A model generated the notes under the pieces. That model saw only the letters and a list, made by a program, of their open reading frames with translations, was not told the DNA's origin and did not search any database. Positions 9,134-19,414 of a stretch of DNA of 64,000 bases are shown here, in pieces. The translations under genes and the position numbers were made by a program. How positions within the stretch are numbered: position 1 is the first letter of the stretch; the number at the start of each line of letters is the position of its first letter. This stretch comes from Patescibacteria group bacterium (GTDB lineage: Bacteria > Patescibacteriota > Minisyncoccia > Phycocordibacterales > UBA918). The stretch lies in assembly GCA_019745315.1 (NCBI GenBank), contig JAIETH010000001.1:13049-77048 (forward strand), read 5' to 3'.

Positions 9134-9718
9134 ATGCATATTATCGTCGGACTAGGAAATATTGGAGAGAAATATGAACACACACGACACAATGTTGGTC
9201 GTAGTATTGTCGTGGCGTGGGTAAAAAAATATGGCGGATCCTTTGTGGCGTCTGCTCAGTATCGAGGTTTGTTATGGAAGGGAGATATAGCTGGCGACGA
9301 GGTCTGCGCACTGTTGCCTGAGACATTTATGAATGAGTCTGGTGGCTCTGTAAAAAAACTTGTAACAGGGAAGAATGCTGTTGAGCATCTTGTTGTGTTG
9401 TATGACGACATCGATCTTCCATTTGGTACGATTCGCATCTCGTTTAATCGTGGAGCGGGTGGGCATAATGGAATTAAATCTATTGTGACAGCGATTGGTA
9501 CAGAAGCGTTTATTCGAATACGTATTGGCATTGCCCCTGTGTTTCGTGGCGTTATGCGGAAACCAAAAACACCAGACGCTGTGCTCGCGTGGGTTTTGGG
9601 AGACTTTACTAAAAAAGAAGAGAAGGCCCTGGAGGGAATAGCAACTCGTGTCAGCGAGGCAATAGAGCATATCGTGGGACGTGGGTATGAGTCTGCGATG
9701 AATGCGTTTAATGGATAA
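9134..9718 (+). CDS. pth: peptidyl-tRNA hydrolase
   Basis: MHIIVGLGNIGEKYEHTRHNVG is the canonical Pth N-terminal motif. Start taken as the internal Met at 9134. Confidence 0.88.
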   Translation: MHIIVGLGNIGEKYEHTRHNVGRSIVVAWVKKYGGSFVASAQYRGLLWKGDIAGDEVCALLPETFMNESGGSVKKLVTGKNAVEHLVVLYDDIDLPFGTIRISFNRGAGGHNGIKSIVTAIGTEAFIRIRIGIAPVFRGVMRKPKTPDAVLAWVLGDFTKKEEKALEGIATRVSEAIEHIVGRGYESAMNAFNG

Positions 9719-9818
9719 TAAGTCGCGCGTATCCATTCACGACATAACCCTTCCGCTAGCCTTCCAAGCGACTCCGCTTCAGGGTATGTCGTAAAGGGAT
9801 TATGTAGACTCAGAACAA

Positions 9819-9851
9819 ATAAAAAGAGGCGCCGTATGGCGCCTCTTTTTA
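9819..9851. terminator. bidirectional terminator between pth and rpsA
   Basis: aaaaagaggcgcc-gtat-ggcgcctcttttt perfect hairpin. Confidence 0.6.
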
Positions 9852-9867
9852 TTTGTATCGAGATTTT

Positions 9868-10992
9868 TTACTTAACTTCTTTAAATGAAAGAGTCATACG
9901 ATGATCCTTCGGTTCAAAGAGGCTAATCTTAAAGCTGTACTTCTTACCAAGCTCAAGCGCGTTGCGAAGTTCTGCTTCGCTTGCAAACTCAGAGATGTGT
10001 ACGAGTCCTGCTACTCCTTCTTCAATAGACGCAAGAGCACCATGCTTGTTGTACTTGATGATCACACCATCAACAACCTGGTCTTTCTTGTATTTTGCTG
10101 ACGCAAGAACCCATGGGTTTTCACGAAGCTGTTTAATAGAAAGAGAGATTTTGTCGTCTTTTACTTCAATCACCTTTACCTTAACCTTGTCGCCAACGGT
10201 AAAGAGTGTGCGAGTATTTTCAACAAGTCCCCAGTCAATTTCAGAGATGTGTACGAGTCCTTCAAGTCCTTCTTCAAGCTTCACAAATACTCCGAAGTCA
10301 ACTGCGCCAGTAACTTCTCCTTCGAGTACGTCACCAACGTTGTACTTGCTCACCTTCACTTCCTTCTCTTCTTTTTCTTGAGGTCCCTTTTCAGAGAAGA
10401 TAAGCTTTCCTTCCTTCTGGTCTGCAGTAATGATGATTACATTAAGGTGCTGACCAACAAGCTGCTGAAGTTCAGAGAGGATCTTGTCCTTGTCTCCATC
10501 TTCAACGCGAGGGTAGTGCTCGGCTGCAAGCTGACTTGCAGGGAGGAATCCCTGAATGCTCTGCCACTCGATGATAAGTCCTCCTTTGTTTGCTTCTTTA
10601 ACAACAAGGCTAAGTACCTTCTTGTGCTTAACTGCTTCTTCAGCATCGCTCCAGATAAGAGCTTGTCGAGCTTCCTTAAGAGAAAGTTCGATATATCCGT
10701 CCTTGTTCTTTGTATCAACTACTTTTGCAGCAATGATGTCGCCAACTGAAACCTTGCGGAGTACGTCGCGTGCATTCATGTACTCGCGTCCGTAGATAAG
10801 ACCTGAACCAAACGGGTGCATGTCTACATATACACGTGCGCGTCCTATTGCTGAAACAGTACCTTCAACAAGCTCTCCTGCCTGAGGAGGAGTTGGAGTA
10901 TCTGCTATAAGAGCATCCATGAAATGCTCCTTTTTTGCTTCTTCTGCCTCTTCGCCCTGAAGAGTTACCTCTACATCGTTTTTGTTTGTCAT
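9868..10992 (-). CDS. rpsA: 30S ribosomal protein S1 (multiple S1 domains)
   Basis: Repeated S1 OB-fold motifs (GxxVxGxV...DFGxFV...GLxHxSE). Start trimmed to MTNKND at 10992. Confidence 0.85.
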   Translation of the reverse strand: MTNKNDVEVTLQGEEAEEAKKEHFMDALIADTPTPPQAGELVEGTVSAIGRARVYVDMHPFGSGLIYGREYMNARDVLRKVSVGDIIAAKVVDTKNKDGYIELSLKEARQALIWSDAEEAVKHKKVLSLVVKEANKGGLIIEWQSIQGFLPASQLAAEHYPRVEDGDKDKILSELQQLVGQHLNVIIITADQKEGKLIFSEKGPQEKEEKEVKVSKYNVGDVLEGEVTGAVDFGVFVKLEEGLEGLVHISEIDWGLVENTRTLFTVGDKVKVKVIEVKDDKISLSIKQLRENPWVLASAKYKKDQVVDGVIIKYNKHGALASIEEGVAGLVHISEFASEAELRNALELGKKYSFKISLFEPKDHRMTLSFKEVK

Positions 10993-11240
10993 TTTTCTAT
11001 GGAGGTGATACCGATCCGCGTGCCCATGTCTCGTGGCCGTAATCGCGCACCCGGGGTTACCCGATATCACACAAGTTAATAATGAAAAGACACGCGGACT
11101 ATAGCATAAAAAACACCCTCTATGCAATATCTGCGCAGAGGTGCTTTCGGTGGTGATTTATGGATTTTTTTGAATGTACGTCATGACAATATGTAACACA
11201 TCAGGTATGATAGAGAGACTAATTTTGAACTTTTGTATTT

Positions 11241-11870
11241 ATGGTTATCACATATCACGGATTGGAGTGTTTTAAGGTGTCGTTTGGCAATCTGACCATT
11301 GCGTTTAATCCTTTTTCTAAGGAATCTGCAAAGAAGTATGGATTAAAGGAAGTTAAGTTTGGTGCCGATGTGGTGTTTGTCACTACGAAGCACCCAGATT
11401 TCAATGGTGTTGAGCAAGTTACTTATGGAGAGAAGGTGCCATTTGTTGTATCGGGTCCTGGAGAGTATGAAGTAGGAGATCTCACAATACGTGCGTTTGG
11501 AGTTCCTACTGTCTACGACGGAGAAGAGCGTTTCACCACTGTCTATCAAGTTACTCTTGAAGGAGCGAATCTTTTGTTCCTCGGACCAATTCCAAATGCA
11601 AAACTCGATTCTTCACTCCTTGGTTCCCTTGGCGAGATTGATATTATTTTTGTGCCAGTAGGCGATGGTGAGGTGCTTGACGGCGCTGCAGCATCCGCAC
11701 TTGGAGTAAAGCTTGAGGCACATGTCATTATTCCTATGCATTATGAAAAAGATACACTCGCTGCCTTTTTGAAAGAGGAGGGTGTTTCTGTGAAGCCACA
11801 AGATAAATTCACTATTAAGAAAAAAGAATTGAGTGCTCTTGAAGGAGAGGTTGTGGTGTTGGGTGAGTAA
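11241..11870 (+). CDS. metallo-beta-lactamase-fold hydrolase-like protein
   Basis: ITYHGLECFKV...TKHPDFNG resembles UlaG/YtkL-type MBL-fold proteins, but the HxHxDH motif is incomplete. Confidence 0.4.
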   Translation: MVITYHGLECFKVSFGNLTIAFNPFSKESAKKYGLKEVKFGADVVFVTTKHPDFNGVEQVTYGEKVPFVVSGPGEYEVGDLTIRAFGVPTVYDGEERFTTVYQVTLEGANLLFLGPIPNAKLDSSLLGSLGEIDIIFVPVGDGEVLDGAAASALGVKLEAHVIIPMHYEKDTLAAFLKEEGVSVKPQDKFTIKKKELSALEGEVVVLGE

Positions 11871-11910
11871 GTGGACAGACGGCGCAATCTCAATATCTCA
11901 AAAGATATTT

Positions 11911-12342
11911 ATGATATTGAAATACATTGAAAATGTTCGAAAACAGCCGCCAGCAGCACGTAAACGCTTTGCATTCTTTTTTGCTCTCGGATCTACGGCG
12001 CTCATAATGATTCTGTGGGGCTTTACACTTCCGACTCGCTTTTCTTCTCTCGATATTAATGGAGACGATATGCTTGGTGCAGCAGGAACGGAAGAGCTCC
12101 AGGAAAATCTAGAAGAAGGAAAGGGTACTGTGAATCAACTTCTTGAGGCAAGTAAGGCTTTCCGAGAAGGTTTAGATACTGCAACGAGTACCACAGGGTA
12201 TCAAATGAATGATACTTTCCTGAGCGCAACAACGAGTGTTAATTTTTCATCAACGACACAGCCAGCCGTTCAAGAGGAAAAACCACGAACAATACTTATT
12301 GCTACTACCACATCTGCGGGAGGAGATAGTGCTCCGCGCTAA
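11911..12342 (+). CDS. hypothetical membrane-anchored protein
   Basis: ORF with an N-terminal TM segment and a Ser/Thr-rich tail. Start chosen downstream of the MBL gene stop. Confidence 0.3.
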   Translation: MILKYIENVRKQPPAARKRFAFFFALGSTALIMILWGFTLPTRFSSLDINGDDMLGAAGTEELQENLEEGKGTVNQLLEASKAFREGLDTATSTTGYQMNDTFLSATTSVNFSSTTQPAVQEEKPRTILIATTTSAGGDSAPR

Positions 12343-12392
12343 ATATGATATAGTTGTTGGCACACATACAAACGTTTTTCTAGTAACTACCT

Positions 12393-14888
12393 ATGGCAAA
12401 AAAGAAAGCATCTGACAATAATGAAGCTCCAAAAGAAGTTCCTGTAGATGATCGAGGGGGTGCGGGCGTTATTGCTCAGAGCATCACTGACGAGATGCGT
12501 ACATCGTATCTTGATTATGCGATGTCTGTTATTACGTCACGCGCATTGCCTGACGTTCGTGATGGATTGAAACCTGTACATCGTCGCATTCTCTATTCGA
12601 TGCGCTTAAACGGTCTCACGTCAACTGCAAAGTTTAAGAAATCAGCAACTGTAGTGGGAGACGTGCTTGGTAGTTTCCATCCCCATGGAGACATGTCGGT
12701 GTATGACGCGATGACCAAGCTCGCACAAGATTTCTCAACACGGTACCCACTTATCCTTGGTCAAGGAAACTTTGGTTCTATCGATGGAGACTCTGCTGCG
12801 GCCTACAGGTACACTGAAGCAAAGATGTCAAAGCTCGCTGAAGAGCTTCTTCGTGATCTTGAAAAAGAAACAGTCAACTGGCGTCCTAACTACGATGGTA
12901 CAAAGCGTGAGCCGGAAGTGTTGCCTGCTGGAGTCCCTAACTTACTTCTTTTGGGAACCTTGGGTATTGCGGTGGGAATGGCGACAAATATTCCTCCTCA
13001 TAACTTACGCGAAGTAGCTGATGCAACTGCGCATCTGATTGACGATCCTAAAGCAACAAATGATGACCTCTTGCAGTTTGTAAAAGGTCCTGACTTCCCA
13101 ATGGGCGGAATTGCCTTCAACCAGAAGGATATTTCTCATGCCTACGCAAACGGTCGTGGAGGAGTGGTGGTGCGTGGAGAAGCTGAGATTGTAGAAGACA
13201 AGAAAGGTAACTTCTCAATCATCATTACCTCTATTCCATATCGCGTGAACAAAGCGGATATGTTGATGAAGATTGCTGATTTAGTACGTGAAAAGAAGAT
13301 CGAAGGAATTCGTGATCTTCGAGATGAATCGACTCGCGATATTCGTGTGGTTGTAGAGCTTAAGAGTGGTGTGCATCCTCAGACAGTTCTCAATAAGCTC
13401 TATAAGAGCACGCAGCTTGAAGAAACATTCCACTACAACATGGTTGCTCTTGTTGATGGTATTCCCCAGACTCTTTCTTTGAAGTCAATTCTTCAGTCGT
13501 ACATTCTTCATAGAAAAGAAGTGGTTCGCAGACGTACCGAATTTGATCTCGCGCGCGCACAAGACCGTGAGCATATTTTGCTTGGTCTCAAAAAAGCACT
13601 CGATCACATCGATGAAATCATCAAGCTCATTCGTGCGTCAAAAGATGTGCCAGAAGCTCACGCCGCATTGATGAAGAAGTTCCAGTTCTCTGATAGACAG
13701 GCGACAGCAATTCTTGATATGCGCCTCCAGAAACTTGCAGGTCTTGAGCGCAAGAAGATTGAAGACGAACTCAAAGAAGTACAAGCTCTCATTGAGGAGT
13801 TGATTGGTATTTTGAAGAGTGAAAAGAAAATGCTCACCATTATCAAAAAAGAACTCCTTGATATTGCAGAAAAATTTGGTGATGCGCGTCGCACAAAGAT
13901 TGTAAAAGGTGGCGTGAAGATGCTTAATCCGGAAGATCTTATTCCTGATGAAGAGAGTGTGTTGGTGGTAACACAGGGAGGATACGTAAAGCGTACGAAT
14001 CCATCTGAGTACCGCGCGCAGCGACGTGGAGGAGTTGGTGTTGTTGATCTTGATACCAAAGAAGAAGACTTTGTAACGACGCTTCTCAATACCTCAATGC
14101 ACAGTGACCTCCTCTTCTTTACCGATAAAGGAAAGGTCTATCAGACAAAGATGTACGATATTCCTGAAGGGAAGCGTGCTACAAAGGGTAAGTCGGTAAT
14201 GAACTTCCTGTCTCTTTCGGCTGAAGAGCGCGTGACATCAGTACGCGCAATGAGCAAAGATGACAAAGGGAAGACGCTTTCTCTTATCATGGTCACCAAA
14301 CAAGGTATCGCCAAGAAAGTGGACGCTGAAAGCTTTAAGGATGTGCGACGAAGCGGTCTCATCGCAATCTCGCTTGCAGCTGATGATTCTCTGATCGAGG
14401 CTCAGTTTGTAGAGAAAGGAGATGAGATGATGCTTGCAACCTCTGGAGGGCAATCAATTCGATTTAAAGAATCTGATATTCGTGAGATGGGACGTACAGC
14501 TGCAGGAGTGCGCGCAGTAAAACTTTCAAAAAATGACTACGTGGTAGCCGCAAGCGTTCTAAAGAAAGATGAAAAAACTGCAGACTTTCTTGTGATGTCT
14601 GAAGCAGGATACGGAAAACGAACTGCAATGAAAGAATACAAAGTTCAGAAACGAAGCGGTTCTGGTATTAAGACAGCGAAGGTTACTTCTAAGACAGGAA
14701 AAATTGTGGGAGGACAGATCTTGCTCGCGCAAGATGTTGCTGAGGGTGAGCTCGTGGTTATGTCCAAAAAAGGACAAGTAATTCGTCTTGCACTTAAAGA
14801 AGTTCCGTCTCTCGGAAGACAGACGCAAGGTGTGCGTATTATGAAGCTCCGTGACGGAGACTCCATTGCCTCGATTGTGTATTTTTAA
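12393..14888 (+). CDS. gyrA: DNA gyrase subunit A
   Basis: [26 protein letters not shown] active-site region (Tyr in HRRILYS). GyrA-box beta-pinwheel C-terminal domain. 831 aa. Confidence 0.95.
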   Translation: MAKKKASDNNEAPKEVPVDDRGGAGVIAQSITDEMRTSYLDYAMSVITSRALPDVRDGLKPVHRRILYSMRLNGLTSTAKFKKSATVVGDVLGSFHPHGDMSVYDAMTKLAQDFSTRYPLILGQGNFGSIDGDSAAAYRYTEAKMSKLAEELLRDLEKETVNWRPNYDGTKREPEVLPAGVPNLLLLGTLGIAVGMATNIPPHNLREVADATAHLIDDPKATNDDLLQFVKGPDFPMGGIAFNQKDISHAYANGRGGVVVRGEAEIVEDKKGNFSIIITSIPYRVNKADMLMKIADLVREKKIEGIRDLRDESTRDIRVVVELKSGVHPQTVLNKLYKSTQLEETFHYNMVALVDGIPQTLSLKSILQSYILHRKEVVRRRTEFDLARAQDREHILLGLKKALDHIDEIIKLIRASKDVPEAHAALMKKFQFSDRQATAILDMRLQKLAGLERKKIEDELKEVQALIEELIGILKSEKKMLTIIKKELLDIAEKFGDARRTKIVKGGVKMLNPEDLIPDEESVLVVTQGGYVKRTNPSEYRAQRRGGVGVVDLDTKEEDFVTTLLNTSMHSDLLFFTDKGKVYQTKMYDIPEGKRATKGKSVMNFLSLSAEERVTSVRAMSKDDKGKTLSLIMVTKQGIAKKVDAESFKDVRRSGLIAISLAADDSLIEAQFVEKGDEMMLATSGGQSIRFKESDIREMGRTAAGVRAVKLSKNDYVVAASVLKKDEKTADFLVMSEAGYGKRTAMKEYKVQKRSGSGIKTAKVTSKTGKIVGGQILLAQDVAEGELVVMSKKGQVIRLALKEVPSLGRQTQGVRIMKLRDGDSIASIVYF

Positions 14889-14892
14889 AGAC

Positions 14893-14922
14893 ACAAAAAA
14901 AGAGGGAAAGCCCTCTTTTTTT
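14893..14922 (+). terminator. rho-independent terminator after gyrA
   Basis: aaaaaaagaggg-aaag-ccctcttttttt. Confidence 0.65.
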
Positions 14923-14996
14923 GTGAGTGAATAAAATACAGAGGATCTGCGTATAAACTATGCACCCAAAATTTTTATAAAAATAAGTATACCCAC

Positions 14997-15572
14997 ATGC
15001 TGAATATCAAGATTATTGTTGGAAGCACTCGAGAAGGACGTTTTAGTGAAAAGCTCGTGCCGTGGATTCAAAACGCTGTGACTGAAGCGGGTATGAATCC
15101 TGAGGTGCTTGATCTCCGCGATCATCCGCTTCCATTTTACAAAGAGGCTGGATCTGCTGCGTATGTACAAAATGGAGAATATCCAGACCCACTCGTGCGC
15201 GCATGGGCAGAAAAAATTAAAGAAGGAGACGCGTTTATAATTATCGCCCCAGAATACAATCACGGATACACTGCGGTACTTAAGAATGCGCTCGACTCAA
15301 TCTATGGAGAGTGGAATAATAAGCCAGTTACATTCGTGGCGTATGGAAGTGTAGGAGGAGGCAGAGCGGTTGAGCAGTTGCGTCAGGTTGCCGTTGAGCT
15401 CCAGATGGCGCCAATCAGAGCTGCTGTACATATTCCTGCTCCATGGAATATGCGTGATGAAAAGGGAGATCTTAAAGAAGGAGCGCTTGATGGGTATGCG
15501 CATAGCCTTACAGATGCACTTACACAACTTGCATGGTGGGGGGAGGTACTGAAGACTGCTCGCGCAAAATAA
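14997..15572 (+). CDS. NADPH-dependent FMN reductase (flavodoxin-like fold)
   Basis: N-terminal IKIIVGSTREGRFSEKL matches SsuE/YieF-type NAD(P)H-dependent FMN reductases. Confidence 0.7.
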   Translation: MLNIKIIVGSTREGRFSEKLVPWIQNAVTEAGMNPEVLDLRDHPLPFYKEAGSAAYVQNGEYPDPLVRAWAEKIKEGDAFIIIAPEYNHGYTAVLKNALDSIYGEWNNKPVTFVAYGSVGGGRAVEQLRQVAVELQMAPIRAAVHIPAPWNMRDEKGDLKEGALDGYAHSLTDALTQLAWWGEVLKTARAK

Positions 15573-15587
15573 TCTTTTCTAAAAGAA

Positions 15588-15620
15588 TGAATAAAGCCGC
15601 ATATATGCGGCTTTATTCAT
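15588..15620 (+). terminator. terminator hairpin
   Basis: aataaagccgc-atatat-gcggctttatt. Confidence 0.5.
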
Positions 15621-16044
15621 GTATAATTACGGACATATGAAGAATTGGCATCAATCGCACAAACAAACATCTCGTCTTTCGGGGAAACTTGCTGACGCAG
15701 TGGCGCGTGGAATGGGTTCGTGGAAATTTATTTTTCTGCAAACGGTGTTTGTAGGAGTATGGATCGCTCTCAACATTGTGGGTATTGTGCGCGGATGGGA
15801 TCCATATCCATTTATACTTCTCAATCTTATTTTTTCTACACAGGCAGCGTACGCAGCGCCGATTATTATGATGGCGCAAAATAGGCAAGCTGAACGCGAC
15901 CGCCATCACGCTGAGGCAGATTATGAGACAAATCGCCAGGCAAAAGAAGAAATTGAGGAGCTCCAAAAAGGACTTAATAGAATAGAGATAGAGAAGCTCG
16001 ACAAAATCCTCGCTCTATTAGAAAAAAAGAATATACATAAATAG
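15619..16044 (+). CDS. DUF1003-family membrane protein
   Basis: Two TM helices followed by AQNRQAERDRHHAEADYETN and a coiled coil, typical of DUF1003. Confidence 0.55.
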   Translation: MYNYGHMKNWHQSHKQTSRLSGKLADAVARGMGSWKFIFLQTVFVGVWIALNIVGIVRGWDPYPFILLNLIFSTQAAYAAPIIMMAQNRQAERDRHHAEADYETNRQAKEEIEELQKGLNRIEIEKLDKILALLEKKNIHK

Positions 16045-16053
16045 AAAAGACGT

Positions 16054-16752
16054 ATGATACAGAAAATTCCGGCAGCCGATCGCCACTATGCTGACTATGG
16101 GTCATTACAAACGTACTGGCTCTTTTCGTTTTCTGACTACTATGATCCAGAGAATATGAACTTCGGATCTCTCCGTGTATTTAATGATGATGTGATAGGG
16201 GCGCAGAGCGGCTTTCCTGATCACCCACATCGTGATATGGAAATTCTGACTATTGTGCACTCAGGCACTCTCACTCATGGTGATAGTATCGGCACCTCTG
16301 CGACCATTGGTGCTGGAGAGGTTCAGCGAATGTCTGCGGGTGGGGGAATTGTGCATTCAGAAATGAATAAAGGTGATGAGCCAGTGCACTTGTATCAACT
16401 GTGGTTTTCTCCGAATCAAAAAACAGAAAGTGGGTATGAGCAAAAAACAGTTGATACGTCTCAATCTCCGCTCTCTGTGCTTGCGTCGTATGAAGCGTCT
16501 CCGGGTGTGCTTCTTCGTTCGGATGCAGTAGTGTATTCTCTCAAGCTTGCACCTCACGAGTCTACTACTCTTATAGTTCCTGAAGGGTGGGGATGTTTCG
16601 TATATGTAAAAGAAGGTGTCGTTGATCTCTCTAGTTCTTCAGAGACAGAACGTTTCAGAGAAGGTGATCAAGCACGAGTGCTCCAGGAAACAAATATTTC
16701 TTTTTCTTCAGAGAATGCTGCAGAGGCTCTTGTTGTTGTGGTGCGTGTCTGA
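16054..16752 (+). CDS. pirin-family protein (cupin)
   Basis: HPHRDMEILTIVHSGTLTHGDSIG matches the pirin N-terminal metal-binding motif. Confidence 0.8.
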   Translation: MIQKIPAADRHYADYGSLQTYWLFSFSDYYDPENMNFGSLRVFNDDVIGAQSGFPDHPHRDMEILTIVHSGTLTHGDSIGTSATIGAGEVQRMSAGGGIVHSEMNKGDEPVHLYQLWFSPNQKTESGYEQKTVDTSQSPLSVLASYEASPGVLLRSDAVVYSLKLAPHESTTLIVPEGWGCFVYVKEGVVDLSSSSETERFREGDQARVLQETNISFSSENAAEALVVVVRV

Positions 16753-16801
16753 GTGAGGATTTTAATATAAAAATCCTCGTACATGCATGATGATACGAGG
16801 A

Positions 16802-17155
16802 TTACTTCATGTGGTTGCCCGCGATGTACATCAGTCCACGCAGAAGACCGAGGCCAGTCTGCGTTCTGTGAACTGCAGGTGGGTCCTTAAAAATCTCCAC
16901 GAGCCCAAATCGCTGCAGGTTCTGGAGCTCGGACCTGAGTGAGTCCATGCTGATCCCAGTATGCTGCGCAAGTATCCCAAGGTGGTATGGCGAAGGTGCT
17001 CTGGTATGCGCATACACCCTCAGCACGATCTGCATCTGCAGAGCCGTCATGTGAGGGTATGTCCTCGAGACGAGTGTCATTACCTCGAGGAACATCTCTC
17101 CGTATTTCGCAGGGTTGCGGTTGCCGAGCGGCATTGCCGTTATGGTGCCTTCCAT
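16802..17155 (-). CDS. winged-helix transcriptional regulator-like protein
   Basis: LGILAQHTGISMDSLRSELQNLQRFGLVE is a helix-turn-helix plus wing pattern. Confidence 0.35.
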   Translation of the reverse strand: MEGTITAMPLGNRNPAKYGEMFLEVMTLVSRTYPHMTALQMQIVLRVYAHTRAPSPYHLGILAQHTGISMDSLRSELQNLQRFGLVEIFKDPPAVHRTQTGLGLLRGLMYIAGNHMK

Positions 17156-17170
17156 GACGTTTCCCCTTTT

Positions 17171-17299
17171 TTATATGAGCGTCAGAAGCACAGCGGCGGC
17201 GAATACGCCCGCTGTCACATACACCTGCTTCTTGCTGGGACTGGTGGTCAGCATGTACATGCCGACTACTGATCCAACCAAAAGAACGACGATGAGCAT
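17171..17299 (-). CDS. small two-helix membrane protein (43 aa)
   Basis: MLIVVLLVGSVVGMYMLTTSPSKKQVYVTAGVFAAAVLLTLI. Only the hydrophobic C-terminal part of the 100-aa ORF looks protein-like. Confidence 0.25.
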   Translation of the reverse strand: MLIVVLLVGSVVGMYMLTTSPSKKQVYVTAGVFAAAVLLTLI

Positions 17300-17411
17300 T
17301 TTGCTCCTCCCATGGGTTGATGTCTGTATTATACGGTAGTACGTATAATAGGTATTGTCAATGGTTTGGTATATTAAAAAACTACCACGAAAGGGTAGCG
17401 TATCTCTGCGA

Positions 17412-17777
17412 TTATTTTTGTTTGAGGAGTTTCCTGAGACCGCACAATGCTTCGCGATAATTAGACGCCTCAAATTTCAGGCGAATTTTCTCGAGAGAGT
17501 CATCAAATACGCTTGAAAAAGAAGGTATCTGTGTAAATGTTTCTCGTGCCCGCTCTATCCACCCCGTCTGTTTTTGAGGATCTCCCACATACGCCTCTTG
17601 GATCGCGAAGTAAAGCTTTTGAAGTGGCGTGACTGCGTTCGTCTCTTCCAAGACCTGCTTGCCAAAAACGAATCGGGCTTCATCAACCATTTCTATCTTT
17701 ACCGCTGACCTAAAGCAAATGGTAGCACCGTTTATTCGTAACCGGTCTCCTGGCCTCATTGAAAGAATGAGAGACAT
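17412..17777 (-). CDS. FlbT-like protein (flagellin synthesis repressor family, PF07378-like)
   Basis: N-terminus MSLILSMRPGDRLRINGATI is close to the FlbT consensus M-LKLSLKPGEKFVLNGAVV. Downstream blocks TPLQKLYF and NYREAL are also conserved. Confidence 0.45.
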   Translation of the reverse strand: MSLILSMRPGDRLRINGATICFRSAVKIEMVDEARFVFGKQVLEETNAVTPLQKLYFAIQEAYVGDPQKQTGWIERARETFTQIPSFSSVFDDSLEKIRLKFEASNYREALCGLRKLLKQK

Positions 17778-18092
17778 TGTAGTTTCTCCAAGATCAATTT
17801 CTAAGGTGCAGACTAGCGCGAGGTCGTGATTAGGTCAAGTTCTATATATATGGTGTGGTAGGTGGCAGTGTAATAGAGAGGGTGTGCTCACGTCTTAATA
17901 GATAGGGATACAAACGTATCTACACACTATACATCTTCCATATTTCGACATTCTTCTAAGATCGACTACAGACATGCTGTAAAAGAAGAAAATATATAGA
18001 GTATGTGCTCTGGGCACCACTTTGTTTTTCTAGTACAGACACTCACAAAAATCACGATCATTTAATTCTATTAGTTTTAAAATAAAAAATAT

Positions 18093-18359
18093 ATGGTACA
18101 GATAAAATCTATTAATACGACAGCAGCATTTGTTATCGGAGCAACTCTTGTCGCAGCAACTTTTCTGAGTATTCCTCTTTCTACGTTTGCAGCAACATAT
18201 GCATACGTAGACACTACAGGAGATGTAAAATCAGTTATCGCAAATGATTGGATGACCGCTATCAAAATGGCTCCAGGTATTCATATGCGTAGTGGTGTTC
18301 TTCTCCTTAACACAGCTGCAGACTACAATATTGTTGGAAATGATGTTTCTGGTTCATAA
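18093..18359 (+). CDS. small secreted protein
   Basis: Signal peptide with AxA-like cleavage region (TFAATYAY). 88 aa. Confidence 0.35.
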   Translation: MVQIKSINTTAAFVIGATLVAATFLSIPLSTFAATYAYVDTTGDVKSVIANDWMTAIKMAPGIHMRSGVLLLNTAADYNIVGNDVSGS

Positions 18360-18387
18360 TAACTCCGTAACCTAACCGAGGTGTGGT

Positions 18388-18420
18388 AGAAAAAAGGATG
18401 TTTAGGCATCCTTTTTTCTA
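18388..18420 (+). terminator. rho-independent terminator
   Basis: aaaaaggatgtttaggcatccttttttct. Confidence 0.55.
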
Positions 18421-18475
18421 CCACACTGTTTCAGGAATAATGCTTTGCTATTTCTCGTCACTCAGTAAAATAAAA

Positions 18476-19363
18476 ATGCGTAAAATAAAAAAATATATAT
18501 CTAGTGGAATACTCTTGAGCGCACTCTTTTTTGCGCTCAGCATTCCACATGATGGAGAGGCATATCACACACACGTTCCGTGTTCGGTGACAACGTGTGT
18601 GGTGTCTGTTACGACAACATCGCTCAAATCAACGTCTGGCACCAAAACTATTTCTGGAACTGCCGATGGACTCACGAAGCTTTTTATAAAACTCTATAGA
18701 GAAAGTGACAATTCGTTAGTGTATACCAGCAAAACAGTAACGGTGAGGAATGAAAAGTGGAAAGTAAAGATTCCAAGCTCTGCTTCAAGAAAAATAAAAA
18801 GCGACTCATATAGAGTTGAAGTGTATTCTGAAAAGAAAAAAGACGCTGTCATGCTCGTAAGCAGTACCCTTGTTGTTGGTACACAAAACAATACTACACA
18901 AAATATATCCGTAAAATCATCATCTCTCTTGGTGGTGGAGCCGGTTCCATTGCTCTTTGGAGGTACGGCACGAGCGGGGGATGCGGTATCGGTAGCATAC
19001 GTGCAGGTGATCAATGTGGGTAAAGAAGAAGCTCGTATTGAAGGGTTTACACTTACCCAAAATGGTTCCGCGTCAGTGGATGCACTTCAGGCACTACGAG
19101 CAGTAGATGATAGTGGACTCATACAGGGATCTACAGAAAGTACGTCTGTCGGATTGCAGTTTAAGAACGGATCAGCATTTGTACCAATCCAAGCAGTATT
19201 TGCCCCAGGTCAAATGCGTCTGTTTACCATAAAGGCTGTAGTGAAAAACGATACTGCTCGATATGCGGGTACGCAACTCCAGATCAATCTCGCAAGCGCT
19301 CATGCGAATGCATCATTGAAAGGAATGTTCCCTATGTACGGTACGACGTGGACGATACAGTAG
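18476..19363 (+). CDS. secreted hypothetical protein
   Basis: Start placed after the terminator at MRKIKKY. Signal peptide present. Ser/Thr/Val-rich beta-type composition. Confidence 0.45.
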   Translation: MRKIKKYISSGILLSALFFALSIPHDGEAYHTHVPCSVTTCVVSVTTTSLKSTSGTKTISGTADGLTKLFIKLYRESDNSLVYTSKTVTVRNEKWKVKIPSSASRKIKSDSYRVEVYSEKKKDAVMLVSSTLVVGTQNNTTQNISVKSSSLLVVEPVPLLFGGTARAGDAVSVAYVQVINVGKEEARIEGFTLTQNGSASVDALQALRAVDDSGLIQGSTESTSVGLQFKNGSAFVPIQAVFAPGQMRLFTIKAVVKNDTARYAGTQLQINLASAHANASLKGMFPMYGTTWTIQ

Positions 19364-19381
19364 TCGATATTAGAGATAGAG

Positions 19382-19408
19382 AAAACACCCATTGATGGGT
19401 GTTTTTTT
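19382..19408. terminator. bidirectional terminator
   Basis: aaaacaccc-attgat-gggtgtttttt. Confidence 0.6.
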
Positions 19409-19414
19409 ATGCAG

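Noticed and set aside
12757-14894. Internal/antisense ORFs within gyrA (12757-13017, 13658-14089, 14141-14453, 14559-14894)
   Set aside because: They overlap the 831-aa gyrA frame, which has unmistakable motifs. They are shadow ORFs.
16961-17339. Plus-strand ORFs 16961-17272 and 17115-17339
   Set aside because: They overlap the wHTH-like and small membrane protein genes on the minus strand. Their composition is less protein-like and no terminator or start context was seen.
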